Counted from the first letter of the stretch, positions 20,463 to 31,142 are shown. The stretch: DNA of 61,634 nucleotides from Verrucomicrobiota bacterium (GCA_027622665.1 JAQBYT010000020.1:1-61634); one strand, 5' to 3'. Translations and numbers: made by a program. The notes: generated by a model from the letters alone, not told the origin.

Positions 20463-21985
20463 TGTTTTGGCGTCTGCCAGTGCCTGTGCCGGCGCTCCTG
20501 TTTTCAGTACTCCTGCTACCAGCAACTCCGCCAAAGCTCGATGCACTCTTTCCCACAGGCGGTCAGCGGGGTAAAACCGTAGAAGTTAAGGCAATCGGAA
20601 GCTTCGATGTTTGGCCTCCAGAAGTGTGGACGGATCACGATGGACTAAAAATAGAAGCCAAGGAAACAAAAGGCCTACTTTCCGTAAGCATCAATCAGGA
20701 TGCCAAAATGTATCCGGCCTTGATTCGCTTATTCGATGCAAACGGCTCCACCAACGCCCGGACCTTTGTAATCTCAAAACTCAAGGAAGCCAACGAATCC
20801 GAACCAAACGACAATACTGCTCAGGCACAAGAGGTCAATGCCACCGCCACGGGCATTGTCATCAATGGCATCCTAAAGAAAGGAGACTCCGACTTCTTTC
20901 GAATCGCACTTCGACAAGGCAAAGCTTTTGTGGCCGAAACAAACGCGTACTCGCTCGGTTCACTCATCGACCCATTCCTCGTCATGCTGGGCCCCGATGG
21001 TCACGAGGTCGGCTTCGCAAGCGATTCTCACAACTTGGATCCGATTTTAAACTATACGGCAAAAATCTCAGGAGTTCACTATCTCCAGTTGTTTGCCGTG
21101 GCCCATCCCGCGGCTACGGCCATAGGTTTCTCCGGCTCCGATTCCGCGACCTACCGGCTCACCCTAACTCTGGGAGAGTTGAAGAAGAAATCGATTCAAG
21201 CGGACCGAGGCGAAGAACAGCTTAAGGATGACAACGGGAGTAGGCGCTTCCAAGCGCCCCTAACGGTCCAAGGTACTCTATCCGAGAAGCTCGAAGTGGA
21301 CTCCTATGTATTCTCCGGAAAAAAGGGGGAACAATGGCTAGTGAGCGTGGATGCTCATCGGCTTCACCTTCCCACCGATCCCGTACTCGCAGTATATCGA
21401 GCGAATGGAGCATTACTAAAGGAAGTGGACGACGTAAAGCCCACCAATGACCCCGAGTATCTCCTAAAGGTCTCGGCAGACGGCAATTACACCTTGCGTA
21501 TTCGGGACAGGTTCAACCGAGGCGGAACCAATTTCTGCTACCGACTTAACATATCCAAACCCAAGCCCGAGCTATCGGTTGTCGTGGACAAGCAAAATCT
21601 TGTTCTAGAAGCCAACGGGACGACCGAGCTAAAGCTTACGCTTAACCGCAAGCAAGGGCATTCTCTCCCCCTTCGCTTCGCAATCACCCCTCCTCTCCCC
21701 TCAGGAGTCAGTCTCGAAGACGCCAACGCTTCCGCAAAGGCAAAAACCGCGGCCATCACCTTCCGAGCCTCAAAGGAGGCGAAACCGGTCAATCATACAT
21801 TTCAATTGCAAGTGTTCGAAACCGATGAGACGAACGCCACCAAAGAAAGTCTCGCATCGTATTCCTTCCTCACCGCTAAATCCCGAGGTGATTACCTCGT
21901 GAACAAAACCAACCATCTTCATCTCACCGTTGTAAAGGCGGCAAAGCCAAAAAAGGAAAACGCCGAAGAGGAAGAAAAAGACTGA
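20462..21985 (+). CDS. PPC (pre-peptidase C-terminal) repeat secreted protein
   Basis: FPTGGQRGKTVEV, ESEPNDN, D.F.. and DP.L repeats typical of PVC PPC proteins that accompany DUF1501/DUF1549. Confidence 0.8.
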   Translation: MFWRLPVPVPALLFSVLLLPATPPKLDALFPTGGQRGKTVEVKAIGSFDVWPPEVWTDHDGLKIEAKETKGLLSVSINQDAKMYPALIRLFDANGSTNARTFVISKLKEANESEPNDNTAQAQEVNATATGIVINGILKKGDSDFFRIALRQGKAFVAETNAYSLGSLIDPFLVMLGPDGHEVGFASDSHNLDPILNYTAKISGVHYLQLFAVAHPAATAIGFSGSDSATYRLTLTLGELKKKSIQADRGEEQLKDDNGSRRFQAPLTVQGTLSEKLEVDSYVFSGKKGEQWLVSVDAHRLHLPTDPVLAVYRANGALLKEVDDVKPTNDPEYLLKVSADGNYTLRIRDRFNRGGTNFCYRLNISKPKPELSVVVDKQNLVLEANGTTELKLTLNRKQGHSLPLRFAITPPLPSGVSLEDANASAKAKTAAITFRASKEAKPVNHTFQLQVFETDETNATKESLASYSFLTAKSRGDYLVNKTNHLHLTVVKAAKPKKENAEEEEKD

Positions 21986-22263
21986 GCTACCTTTTCGGTC
22001 CATAAAGTCGATTTGTCAAAGTCTCTGGCAACCTATTTTCGATAGGAATGGGATTAACTGATGTTGTGACGGAAACGGATGTTTTTTGAGAGTTCTCTTT
22101 CAGCCTCGTAATTTACAACGAGACATGTCATAAGAAATGATTATTAGAGTTATCCATACACATCTGCTTGTGGATAAGGAAAATAAATTGGTGTCTATCA
22201 AAATGATTTGCCGCAAGTTCAGAAATGGCTGTCAGCACCGTATAAAAAAGCATCTTTAGACTA

Positions 22264-24018
22264 ATGAATAACGAAGATACAGGCAGTTCATCCGAGCAAG
22301 CCGTTGCCACTTTTTCCGATTTACCATTGTCTCCCGAGATTCGGGAGGCAATTGAGGCGATTGGTTATGAAACCCCCTCGCCAATCCAAGCAGAGGCAAT
22401 CCCATACTTGGCTGAAGGTCGAGACCTTCTTGGAGTCGCCCAAACCGGAACGGGAAAGACCGCCGCTTTCGCTTTGCCACTTTTGTCCAACCTCGACACA
22501 AAGGCCGGTGGGCCACAGATTCTGTGCCTCACTCCGACCCGAGAATTGGCAATACAAGTGGCAAAGGCTTTCGAAACCTTCGGTCAGAGGATGAAAAACT
22601 TCCGAGCTCTCGCCATTTACGGTGGAGACGAGTACAGGAGACAGATTCAAGGATTGGCCCAAGGAGCTCACGTCGTCGTCGGCACACCTGGCAGGATGAT
22701 GGACCACCTTCGGAAAGGAACGCTGAAAACGGATAAGATTAAGGCTCTGATACTGGATGAAGCTGACGAGATGCTCAGCATGGGTTTTATCGAAGACGTC
22801 GAATGGATCTTGGAACAAATGCCCGAAAAACGGCAAACCGCTTTGTTTTCGGCCACCATGCCTTCCCAGATAAAGAAATTGGCGGACAAGTATCTGAAGA
22901 ATCCCGCAGAAATCAACATCCGAGCTAAGACGGCTACTTCATCGAACACCCGACAACGATTCATCCAAAGTCGCAACCCGGAAAAAACGGGTACCTTGCT
23001 CCGTATTCTTGAAGTGGAGGATTTTGATGCGGTTCTTGTTTTCTCTCGTACCAAAAACGCCACTTCCGAAATAGCCGAAAGCCTACAGGGGAAAGGCTAC
23101 GCCGCCGAAGCGCTAAATGGCGACATGGCCCAAAACCTGAGGGAAAAGACCCTCGCCAGAGTTAAAAACGGTAAAATCGACATATTGGTCGCCACGGACG
23201 TCGCGGCTCGCGGTCTGGACGTCGACCGCATAAGTCACGTCATCAATTACGATGCGCCTTTCGACGTGGAATCCTACATCCACCGAATAGGTCGCACGGG
23301 TCGAGCAGGTCGCCAAGGAGATGCCATTCTCTTTATCAACGGCAGAGAAAACCGAATGCTTCAGGCCATTGAGCGTACCGTGCGCTCAAAACTGGAAAAG
23401 TATACCTTCCCTTCGACCAAGGAACTCAACGAACGAAAGATTCAGCGATTATTTACTCGGCTCGATGAGACCTTGGCAAAAGACCTAAACGACTACAAGG
23501 AAGTTTTAGCAAAATACCTCGAAGAAAAGGACGCTGATCCTCTTTCGATTGCTGCCGCCATGGCCTTCTTGGAATCAGGGAACCAACCCTTTTACCTCAA
23601 GGCTGTTAGAGAACCCAAGCAGCGTGATAGGGAAAGGGGAGACGGAGGTCGGAGAAGTGATGGACCCAGAGAGAAATCTCGATTTCAAAGTGGCGATCTC
23701 TCCATGCAAAGCTTTCGGCTGGAAGTGGGAGAAAGCCATGGAGTCGGAAAAGGAGACATTGTTGGGGCTATTGCCAACGAAGCGGGCATCGAACCAAAGA
23801 ACATGGGCAAGATTCGGATGTTCGAGGAACACAGCTTCATCGAATTACCGGAGAGCATGCCCAAGGATGCTTTTCAGGCATTAAGAAAGATTTGGGTGCG
23901 CGGGAATAAACTAGAAATCAGCAAGGACGAAGGAAGCCATACAGGGACAAGAAAACCTCGCCCTTTCAAAAAATTCGGCAAGAAGAAATATTTCAAGAAA
24001 TCGTCTTCTCGCGATTAG
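22264..24018 (+). CDS. deaD: DEAD-box RNA helicase DeaD/CsdA
   Basis: Q-motif, AQTGTGKT, PTRELA, DEAD, SAT, ARGLD, HRIGRTGR; C-terminal DbpA-type domain (GDIVGAIANEAG). Confidence 0.92.
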   Translation: MNNEDTGSSSEQAVATFSDLPLSPEIREAIEAIGYETPSPIQAEAIPYLAEGRDLLGVAQTGTGKTAAFALPLLSNLDTKAGGPQILCLTPTRELAIQVAKAFETFGQRMKNFRALAIYGGDEYRRQIQGLAQGAHVVVGTPGRMMDHLRKGTLKTDKIKALILDEADEMLSMGFIEDVEWILEQMPEKRQTALFSATMPSQIKKLADKYLKNPAEINIRAKTATSSNTRQRFIQSRNPEKTGTLLRILEVEDFDAVLVFSRTKNATSEIAESLQGKGYAAEALNGDMAQNLREKTLARVKNGKIDILVATDVAARGLDVDRISHVINYDAPFDVESYIHRIGRTGRAGRQGDAILFINGRENRMLQAIERTVRSKLEKYTFPSTKELNERKIQRLFTRLDETLAKDLNDYKEVLAKYLEEKDADPLSIAAAMAFLESGNQPFYLKAVREPKQRDRERGDGGRRSDGPREKSRFQSGDLSMQSFRLEVGESHGVGKGDIVGAIANEAGIEPKNMGKIRMFEEHSFIELPESMPKDAFQALRKIWVRGNKLEISKDEGSHTGTRKPRPFKKFGKKKYFKKSSSRD

Positions 24019-24061
24019 GGATTCTGCACGAGGGTCTGAAAAGCTTCCCGACCCAAAGCAA

Positions 24062-25009
24062 TCAATCGACGGGGGTGAGTGGGTCGGAACCCTCCAGAAA
24101 AGCACGCACATTGTCCATGCATAGTTGAGACATTGCCCGTCGCGTATCATGGGTGGCACTAGCTTGATGTGGTTGAAGGATTACATTGTCCGTCATCCGA
24201 ATCAATTCATCGGGCACATTCGGTTCATCGGAAAACACATCTAGACCGGCAGCCCCGAGACGCCCATCTCGCAAAGCCGAGATGAGAGCGGCATCCTCCA
24301 CCGTCTGTCCTCGCCCGATATTCACCAAAACGCCCTGTGGGCCGATGGCCTCGATAACGGCAGCATCCACCAAGTTGTGAGTGTCCTCCCCTCCGGGAGT
24401 GATAATAATGAAGTAGTCCGCCCACCGGCCAAGAGCTACCAAATCCTCGAAGTAACTGTATTCGACATCCTTTCGGCGGTTCCTGTTGTGATAACCGATC
24501 TTCATACCGAAAGCCTCGCAGCGACGGGCTACGGCAAGACCGATTCTGCCAAGCCCAAGAATTCCGAGACGACTCCCATACACGCGCTGACCATATTCCA
24601 TGGCTCCCTCTCTAGCCCATCGCCCATCACGAACATAACGATCTCCCATCGCAAGGCGACGAGCCACCGCTAACATCAAGGCCACACCGTAATCCGCCAC
24701 CTCCTCGGTGAGAACGTCGGGAGTATTTGTCACGACGATGCCCCGCCGTTTGGCAGCCTCAACCTCAACGCCGTCGTACCCTACCCCACAAACGGCGATG
24801 ATTCCGAGATTGGGCAGTTTGTCCATCCAGTCCTCGGGAAAGACAGACCGAGTGACTGCCGCCCGACAAGTCGGGGCGATAGCACCCAGCAAGGCATCGG
24901 CATCCTCAGCCTCCCATAGTTTGTGAGCCTCACAAAAGCCGGCCACCTCATCCAGTGGGTAACTGTAAAGCGGTCGAGCAAAGAGGACGTCGGGTTTGTC
25001 TAAGTTCAT
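24062..25009 (-). CDS. D-isomer-specific 2-hydroxyacid dehydrogenase
   Basis: GVGYD, VTNTPDVL, GILGLGRIG, VNIGRG, GLDVFSDEP, PHQAS. Start moved to ATG 25009 (MNLDKP) because the upstream extension overlaps the DUF2237 gene. Confidence 0.92.
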   Translation of the reverse strand: MNLDKPDVLFARPLYSYPLDEVAGFCEAHKLWEAEDADALLGAIAPTCRAAVTRSVFPEDWMDKLPNLGIIAVCGVGYDGVEVEAAKRRGIVVTNTPDVLTEEVADYGVALMLAVARRLAMGDRYVRDGRWAREGAMEYGQRVYGSRLGILGLGRIGLAVARRCEAFGMKIGYHNRNRRKDVEYSYFEDLVALGRWADYFIIITPGGEDTHNLVDAAVIEAIGPQGVLVNIGRGQTVEDAALISALRDGRLGAAGLDVFSDEPNVPDELIRMTDNVILQPHQASATHDTRRAMSQLCMDNVRAFLEGSDPLTPVD

Positions 25010-25072
25010 GTAACCTTTCAAAAAAGGTTTTTTGCTCTTGTCGGCAAGTGCCTTTGATTCCTTGATCGTAAA

Positions 25073-25459
25073 ATGATCGCACCGATAAAAAATACTCCAT
25101 TGAACATTCTTGGGACGTCCCTTCAACCATGCTGCAAGAAACACAAGACCGGATGGTATCGAAACGGCAGCTGCGAAACTGACGGAAGCGATACCGGGCG
25201 ACATGTCGTCTGCACCGTGATGACCGAGGAATTTCTCGCATTCAGCAAGATGGCCGGAAACGACCTAAGCACTCCGAGACCCGAGTTTTCTTTCCCTGGC
25301 CTAAAAGAAGGTGACTGCTGGTGCCTTTGCGCTTTACGCTGGCAGGAAGCCTTCGAGTCGGACATGGCCCCGAAGGTAAAACTAGAATCCTGCGAACAAA
25401 GTGCTCTCGAAGTGCTCGACTTGAAGAACCTAAAAACTCACGCAGTTGAAACGCCATGA
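25073..25459 (+). CDS. DUF2237 family protein
   Basis: NILGTSLQPCC..TGWYRNGSC, GNDLSTP, FPGLKEGDCWCLCALRW. Confidence 0.9.
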   Translation: MIAPIKNTPLNILGTSLQPCCKKHKTGWYRNGSCETDGSDTGRHVVCTVMTEEFLAFSKMAGNDLSTPRPEFSFPGLKEGDCWCLCALRWQEAFESDMAPKVKLESCEQSALEVLDLKNLKTHAVETP

Positions 25460-26640
25460 CCACGAGAAGAACCTTTCTGTTGAAAGGAGCGGGGGTGGCG
25501 TCCGCTCCAGCAATTTTCGGGCAAAAGACAAAAAAGACTTGGCGAGTAGGGGTAATTGGACACACGGGACGAGGAAATTTCGGCCACGGTCTGGATACGG
25601 TTTGGACTCTTCTGGACGAAACCTCCATCGAAGCCGTAGCTGATGCACATCCCGGCGGATTAGCCAAGGCAAAGCTAAAGCTAAAGACGGACAGAACCTA
25701 TGCGGACTATCGCGAGATGCTTGCAAAAGAAAGACCCGAAATCGTCGCCGTGTGCCCTCGGCACGTCGACCAACGGGTGCCCATGATCACTGCAGCTTGC
25801 GAGATGGGGGCAAAGGGTATATACATTGAAAAGCCGTTTGCTCGTTCACTGGCGGAAGCTGATGAAATTGCCGAGGCTTGCGCTAAGGCAGGCACAAAGC
25901 TAGCGATAGCCCACCGCAATAGATACCACCCGGCAATGCCGGTATTGAAAAAATTGCTCAAGGAAGGCATTGTTGGAAATGTTTTGGAAATGCGAGGGCG
26001 AGGAAAGGAAGATCGCAGAGGGGGTGGCGAAGACTTGTGGATTCTAGGTACCCATATCCTCGACCTGTACAATTATCTGGCCGGAAAACCGCTCACCTGT
26101 TCCGCGGAAATGCTACAAGAAGGGCGGCCTGTAACCAAGAAAGACGTTAACGAGGGCAACGAAGGGCTAGGTCCACTCGCGGGGGACGAGGTGCACGCCC
26201 GATGGCGAATGGAGAACGGTTGGACAGCCTGTTTCGACAGCGTCCGCAACCGCGGGTCAAAACAGGCGGGTTTCGGGCTTCAGATTATTGGCAACCAAGG
26301 AATTATAGATATCAGAAACGACCGCGAGCCTCTCATCCACTTCATGAAAGATTCCCCATGGGAACCTGCAAAAGCCGATCGAAAATGGCTTCCCATCACA
26401 TCTGCCGGCATAGGAAAGCCTGAACCTCAGGACATTCGCGGAACGGTACACAACCACGTCGCCGCAACCCGCGACCTCCTCGACTCCATCAAAAATAACC
26501 GCTCACCGATCTGTGGGCTTAACGAAGGAATCTCGACCGTGGAGTTCGTTAGTTCCGTCTTCGAGTCGCACAGGCTCCAAGGAGCAAGTGTAAGCATCCC
26601 TCTGAAAACGAGGGTCAATCCGCTCCTCTTATTGAGCTAA
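25456..26640 (+). CDS. Gfo/Idh/MocA oxidoreductase, Tat-exported
   Basis: TRRTFL Tat signal, RVGVIGHTGRG, IYIEKPF. Confidence 0.88.
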   Translation: MTTRRTFLLKGAGVASAPAIFGQKTKKTWRVGVIGHTGRGNFGHGLDTVWTLLDETSIEAVADAHPGGLAKAKLKLKTDRTYADYREMLAKERPEIVAVCPRHVDQRVPMITAACEMGAKGIYIEKPFARSLAEADEIAEACAKAGTKLAIAHRNRYHPAMPVLKKLLKEGIVGNVLEMRGRGKEDRRGGGEDLWILGTHILDLYNYLAGKPLTCSAEMLQEGRPVTKKDVNEGNEGLGPLAGDEVHARWRMENGWTACFDSVRNRGSKQAGFGLQIIGNQGIIDIRNDREPLIHFMKDSPWEPAKADRKWLPITSAGIGKPEPQDIRGTVHNHVAATRDLLDSIKNNRSPICGLNEGISTVEFVSSVFESHRLQGASVSIPLKTRVNPLLLLS

Positions 26641-26711
26641 AAAGACAGCTGGACAAGGAAATGAATTATTTCCTTGAGCTCAAAAATTGAGGAGACAGTC
26701 ATCGATCAAAA

Positions 26712-26738
26712 TGATCTGACGCAAAAGTTCTGTCGTTA
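26712..26738 (+). promoter_or_regulatory. putative ECF-sigma promoter, copy 1
   Basis: TGATCT-N15-TCGTTA; same spacing as the copies at 33610, 37928 and 40444. Confidence 0.5.
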
Positions 26739-26772
26739 AGAAACTTGAACTAACTAATAAAAACGACAACCA

Positions 26773-26982
26773 ATGAATCAAAACACACTCAAACAACTAT
26801 CAGGACTATGCTTCGCTATGGGATTTGCGTCCATAATTGGATCGATTGCAATTTGGATGCTCACAAAAGGAATCTCCGTTGAAGAGATCGCTCATGCCGA
26901 AAGGTTCGGCATTTTCGTAGGATTGTGGGCACCGACGTTCTTCGTACTTTCTGGGAGACTCAAGGAAATTAAAACATTGTAA
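26773..26982 (+). CDS. small two-TM membrane protein
   Basis: 69 aa, two hydrophobic segments, conserved-looking HAERFGIFVGLWAPTFF. Confidence 0.75.
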   Translation: MNQNTLKQLSGLCFAMGFASIIGSIAIWMLTKGISVEEIAHAERFGIFVGLWAPTFFVLSGRLKEIKTL

Positions 26983-27158
26983 GACCTAGAATGTGGAGAG
27001 GAGCCTAGCGTATCTAATATATTGAATTCAAACATCTGCGTATTACGTATCATAGTAGACAAGCAAGTAACCGAATTCACGAAGCGTGTAGAATGTTCAG
27101 TAATCAAAAATTCCTATCTATCGACAGGCAGACCTAGTTATGGTATGCAAGTCGTAAC

Positions 27159-27716
27159 ATGAAGGTAGTAGAAGAAGAATTTTGGGAAAGAATTGCTACA
27201 GGAGACACATCGGCACTGGCCGAATTGTATGATTCCATAGGCACCAAACTATTTTCGCTTTCCTATCAAATACTAAATGACAGGTGGGATGCGGAAGAAG
27301 TGGTACAGGATGCTTTCGCCGCTCTTTGGAAAAAACCTCAGGCATTCAATCCACAGAAAGGTAAGCTAACTAGTTGGCTAATGGTTTTAGTACGAAATCG
27401 AAGCGTTGATCGGTACAGGTCCCGCAAACGAAGAAAAGACACTGCCAGTTTAGACACAGTCTTGGAAGTACATCCCGCGGACGAAAGTGAGGACATCCCA
27501 TCATCAGCTTCGCAAACCGATGAAAAGCAACTGTTAGGCAGTGCTATTGAAAACCTTCCTCCAAAACAAATAAAAGTATTGAAGCTTTCTTATTTCAAAG
27601 GTTTGACGCATCCTGAAATCGCTCAAGAACTCGGAATATCCCTGGGAACCGTAAAATCTCGCATACGCTTGGGAGTGGAAAAACTAAGGCTATCACTTCC
27701 CAACAGCTTAAGATGA
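27159..27716 (+). CDS. ECF RNA polymerase sigma factor (SigK/RpoE-like)
   Basis: DAEEVVQDAF region 2, SWLMVLVRNRSVD, region 4 LSYFKGLTHPEIA...LGTVKSRIRLG. Confidence 0.93.
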   Translation: MKVVEEEFWERIATGDTSALAELYDSIGTKLFSLSYQILNDRWDAEEVVQDAFAALWKKPQAFNPQKGKLTSWLMVLVRNRSVDRYRSRKRRKDTASLDTVLEVHPADESEDIPSSASQTDEKQLLGSAIENLPPKQIKVLKLSYFKGLTHPEIAQELGISLGTVKSRIRLGVEKLRLSLPNSLR

Positions 27717-27792
27717 GTGAGAAACCGAAAGTCCTAAACGACCAAAAAAAAGTAGTTTGAAAAAGCCATCTTTAAACATAGACCTATATTAG

Positions 27793-29031
27793 ATGCCAGA
27801 TTTGGAACAGACACTTATTGACTATTCTCTAGGTCTTTTAAAAAGAAAAGACTCAGAGGAAGTTGAGACCTTAATAGCTAAGGACAAACAAGTCGCTCAG
27901 CAGTTTTCAGTAGTTCAAGACAGTCTATGTTTAATGGGGACTTCGGCCAGACACGCGAAGCCAAACGATGATTTGAAAGCGCGGGTGATGGAAATCTGCG
28001 AATCTGCGAAACCGGAGATAACGCCCCACCCACTTGAGCTTTTGAATTTGGCTCCTGCCCTCCCAATAAAAAGATACATTGGAGGCGGAGCATCAGTAGA
28101 TTTAGGAGATTTGGGCAAAAGCGATTTAAAAGACAGGGTCAACCGTCTCTACGAAGGGATGCTGGAATTGAGGGATCTTGTCTGTGGAACTTCCGCTGCA
28201 TCCGAAGGTGACTTAAGTGAACTTTGCAAGAGTGCTGACTCTATTTCAGTGGAACTACCTAAACATAACTCGGTATGCTCTAATGGGGTTTCGTCAGTTC
28301 CTCATGAACAAGCGATTCAATCTTTCCTGAGAACACAATTAACGAGTCTTCCGAGTATGGGTTATTTCCTCAAAAAGATTCGTGAAGGCTTCGGCAATGC
28401 AGGTGATGCCAGAAGGCTGTTCTACCTCTGCCGAGATCAAATGAAGATTATGAGAGCATCCTTTGCTGACTTGGATGCAACTCTGCTCGCGGAGGATGAA
28501 AAACTGCGTTTACATGGAGCGGGATTGCTCAGAACCAAGTGGTGGGGCGCCGAACATTCCTACTATAATAGACCTGGCAAAGTTATGTGTGGAAATTTTT
28601 TCGAGGGCCCGGTAACCGAAAGGTGCGTAGAATTCGCCGAGTATGACTCCAATCTTTACTGCTTTGCCAACTTGCTGGGATCTAAATCCGAAAACGGGGG
28701 ATTCCAAATAGAATTAGACAATTCCAAGATACCAGAATGCGTTTTGGCAACTTTGTCAGCAATCACAAGTTCTGAAAACCACTCGGAGCTCAAAGATATA
28801 ATTGTTAAAAAGTACCATCGAGAGACAATGGACGAAGATGGTTACTTGGCCCACTTAGTAAAATCCTCAATCTCAAGGGCTTTCCAATTAAGCACCACAT
28901 CCGAGGCATTGAACACAAAGCTTCTAGGGTGTGAGCGGACGGGGAATCAGACGTTACTGTGGTTTGTCTGGCCGGCGATTCTCCCGAACCATGGTGGCGG
29001 AGAAGCAACGACGTCAAATCCTCTACAGTAA
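27793..29031 (+). CDS. putative anti-sigma factor with large uncharacterised C-terminal domain
   Basis: Directly after the ECF sigma; N-terminal DYSLGLL...EVE..I...P..DLKARVM resembles an anti-sigma domain; no TM seen. Confidence 0.6.
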   Translation: MPDLEQTLIDYSLGLLKRKDSEEVETLIAKDKQVAQQFSVVQDSLCLMGTSARHAKPNDDLKARVMEICESAKPEITPHPLELLNLAPALPIKRYIGGGASVDLGDLGKSDLKDRVNRLYEGMLELRDLVCGTSAASEGDLSELCKSADSISVELPKHNSVCSNGVSSVPHEQAIQSFLRTQLTSLPSMGYFLKKIREGFGNAGDARRLFYLCRDQMKIMRASFADLDATLLAEDEKLRLHGAGLLRTKWWGAEHSYYNRPGKVMCGNFFEGPVTERCVEFAEYDSNLYCFANLLGSKSENGGFQIELDNSKIPECVLATLSAITSSENHSELKDIIVKKYHRETMDEDGYLAHLVKSSISRAFQLSTTSEALNTKLLGCERTGNQTLLWFVWPAILPNHGGGEATTSNPLQ

Positions 29032-29695
29032 TGGGATAAAACCGGATGGCATTCAGGTTCTTCCAGTCCTTGAGCGCGAAATAAATCTCCACTGTACTTA
29101 GCATCCTCCAAACCAACCGGATCATATGGACGATGCTCGACGAAGCTAGGAAAAGAGGAGTAACTAAACTTTCGCTTACTCCAAAAACAATATCGCTCTA
29201 AAAGAAATTGCTGAGCGAATTCTTGTAATCTGAAACATTAGAAGTAGTAGTACTGGCGGAAATGGAGGCAGAAGTAAATCCTTCAGAGCTTTTTCTCCTA
29301 GATTCCCAGACATAACCAGTCGTTTCCCGATACATTGATATTTTAGACTTGTGGTAGGGAAGTCCAAAGAGCAATCGTGCCCCCCAAGTGGCGAGAAGAT
29401 CCGAAGAGTCCAAAGAATAAAACCAAACCCCTCTTTGGCCATCGGGACCTATAACGTAAGTCCGGAGATTAACTTCAAGAAAATCGTTCCAAGATAATTG
29501 TCGAAAAGGGAAAATCTTAAGATTCGTCAGCTTGAATGCCACTACGCTTATCCAAGCGCGGTCATCGAAAAGGTCTACTTTCAAATCATTGGGCAAAGTA
29601 AGTCTGAGAGCACTCTCTGAAATTGGCCAATGAAGAAATAATAAATCATCCCATCGTTGCGAAAGGAAAGGAAAAACTGGAATACAATTCTTCAA
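28947..29695 (-). pseudogene. YqjF/DUF2071 family gene, frameshifted near 29200
   Basis: QRWDDLLFLHWP, FLEVNLRTYV, GVWFYSLD, GLPYH. The ORF stops at NFF*, but the shifted frame continues LERYCFW...HRPY...HYCRGFDV to TGA at 28947. Confidence 0.75.
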
Positions 29696-29715
29696 AGTAC
29701 TAGAGCCAAGAGAAA

Positions 29716-30168
29716 CTACTGAGGAAAAATCTCTTCCAAAGCCTGTCGGCGAAAACTAAATATACTTTCAAGGTTTCTGCGGACAAACAACCAGTGAGAA
29801 ATTTTCCCCAGAGGACCAAAAGGCAAAACATAACGAACCTCGTCAGTCATAGCAGTGCCCCCCTCGACATCTAGTAAAGTGTGATGGTGGAGCCACAATG
29901 CATAGGGTCCAACTCTTTGTTCATCGACAAAGGAAAACCCTTCTTCTACATATTTGATTTCAGTAAGCCAAGAGATTCGACCCAAAACCGGGACCTTCAC
30001 TCGATACTCAATGAATTGGCCGGAAGCTATACTTTTCGGAATCTCTCCGACAATTTGGAATCCCATTTCGGGAGGGGTAATACGGTTCAAATTTTCTGGA
30101 GACGACACAAAATTCCAAAGAACTTCTCGCGACACAGGCAATGTCTGATTTTGACTCAAGCAATACAT
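29716..30168 (-). CDS. SRPBCC family protein
   Basis: WNFVSSPENLNRITP, FVDEQRVGPYALWLHHH, M.DEVRY.LPFG. Confidence 0.88.
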   Translation of the reverse strand: MYCLSQNQTLPVSREVLWNFVSSPENLNRITPPEMGFQIVGEIPKSIASGQFIEYRVKVPVLGRISWLTEIKYVEEGFSFVDEQRVGPYALWLHHHTLLDVEGGTAMTDEVRYVLPFGPLGKISHWLFVRRNLESIFSFRRQALEEIFPQ

Positions 30169-30248
30169 AATTTTAAAAGCATATTTATTATAGGAACTTT
30201 GACAACCGTACCTTGACGAGTGCCTTTTAGTCTAATAGCTAGTGCCTC

Positions 30249-31115
30249 ATGAAAACGCAAGTTGCACTCATCCTGCTTACCCTCACTTTTGGATACAGCC
30301 CAATATTCCCCAAGGAACAGGACTTCATGTCCGATGCAGCCGCGGTGCGGTTGTCGTTTTCAGGTTCTCCCGAAAGAACAGTTGAGGGAACTTCGACGGA
30401 GATTGGCTTACGGCAATGGACATTAATTACGCCTTTGTTTTATAAAAAAGGAGATGCTTGGTCTTTTGCCGCAGGACTTCGATACGAAGGTACGGATTTG
30501 GAATTTTCAGATGCTACTTTGTTAAACGAAAGTTGGCTCCAGTCGATTGATCTTCCCTTGCTCCTAATGAAAGAACAATCGGAAAGCCTAAACTGGATGC
30601 TTCTCTTTAATCCGACCATGGCGGGTGATTACGACAGTATAGACGGGGACACCTTCAATTATTTGACAATTATTGGAGCTCGATATCGAACAAGTGAAAC
30701 CTTCCAATGGTTCTTTGGAGCCGTGCATACCACCGGATACGACGACAATCTATTTCTTCCAGCCATTGGTTTCCACTGGGAAGCCTCCAAAAACGCAGAC
30801 CTACTCTTTGCCGGGCCATACCTGAGGTACAAATACTCGATTACAGATTCGCTGGATTTTATTCTAGGAGGTCGGTTTTCAGGATCGAAATGGAACACCA
30901 GCTCCAATTATGGAGAGAGAGATTTTCGCCTAAAAGCCTATCGTACAAGTGCGACTCTTCAATGGAGCATTCATGAAAAACATGCTGTTTTGGCTTCTTT
31001 CGGTTGGGAGTTCGCCAGAGAAGTCGAGATTAAGGCTTCGGATGACACATTGATATTAGAACGGGATCTCGACCATGCTCCTTATTACGAAATAGCTTAT
31101 CGTTTCAGGTTCTGA
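30249..31115 (+). CDS. outer-membrane beta-barrel protein (DUF6268-like)
   Basis: Signal peptide, alternating amphipathic strands, C-terminal YRFRF. Confidence 0.65.
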   Translation: MKTQVALILLTLTFGYSPIFPKEQDFMSDAAAVRLSFSGSPERTVEGTSTEIGLRQWTLITPLFYKKGDAWSFAAGLRYEGTDLEFSDATLLNESWLQSIDLPLLLMKEQSESLNWMLLFNPTMAGDYDSIDGDTFNYLTIIGARYRTSETFQWFFGAVHTTGYDDNLFLPAIGFHWEASKNADLLFAGPYLRYKYSITDSLDFILGGRFSGSKWNTSSNYGERDFRLKAYRTSATLQWSIHEKHAVLASFGWEFAREVEIKASDDTLILERDLDHAPYYEIAYRFRF

Positions 31116-31142
31116 ATAGATAAAAAAGTCAATCCGGGGGAA

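Noticed and set aside
22150..22177. DnaA-box-like pair (TTATCCATA / TGTGGATAA) upstream of deaD; another TTATCCACA at 33561-33569
   Set aside because: Too few boxes and no dnaA/oriC context; may be chance or a local operator.
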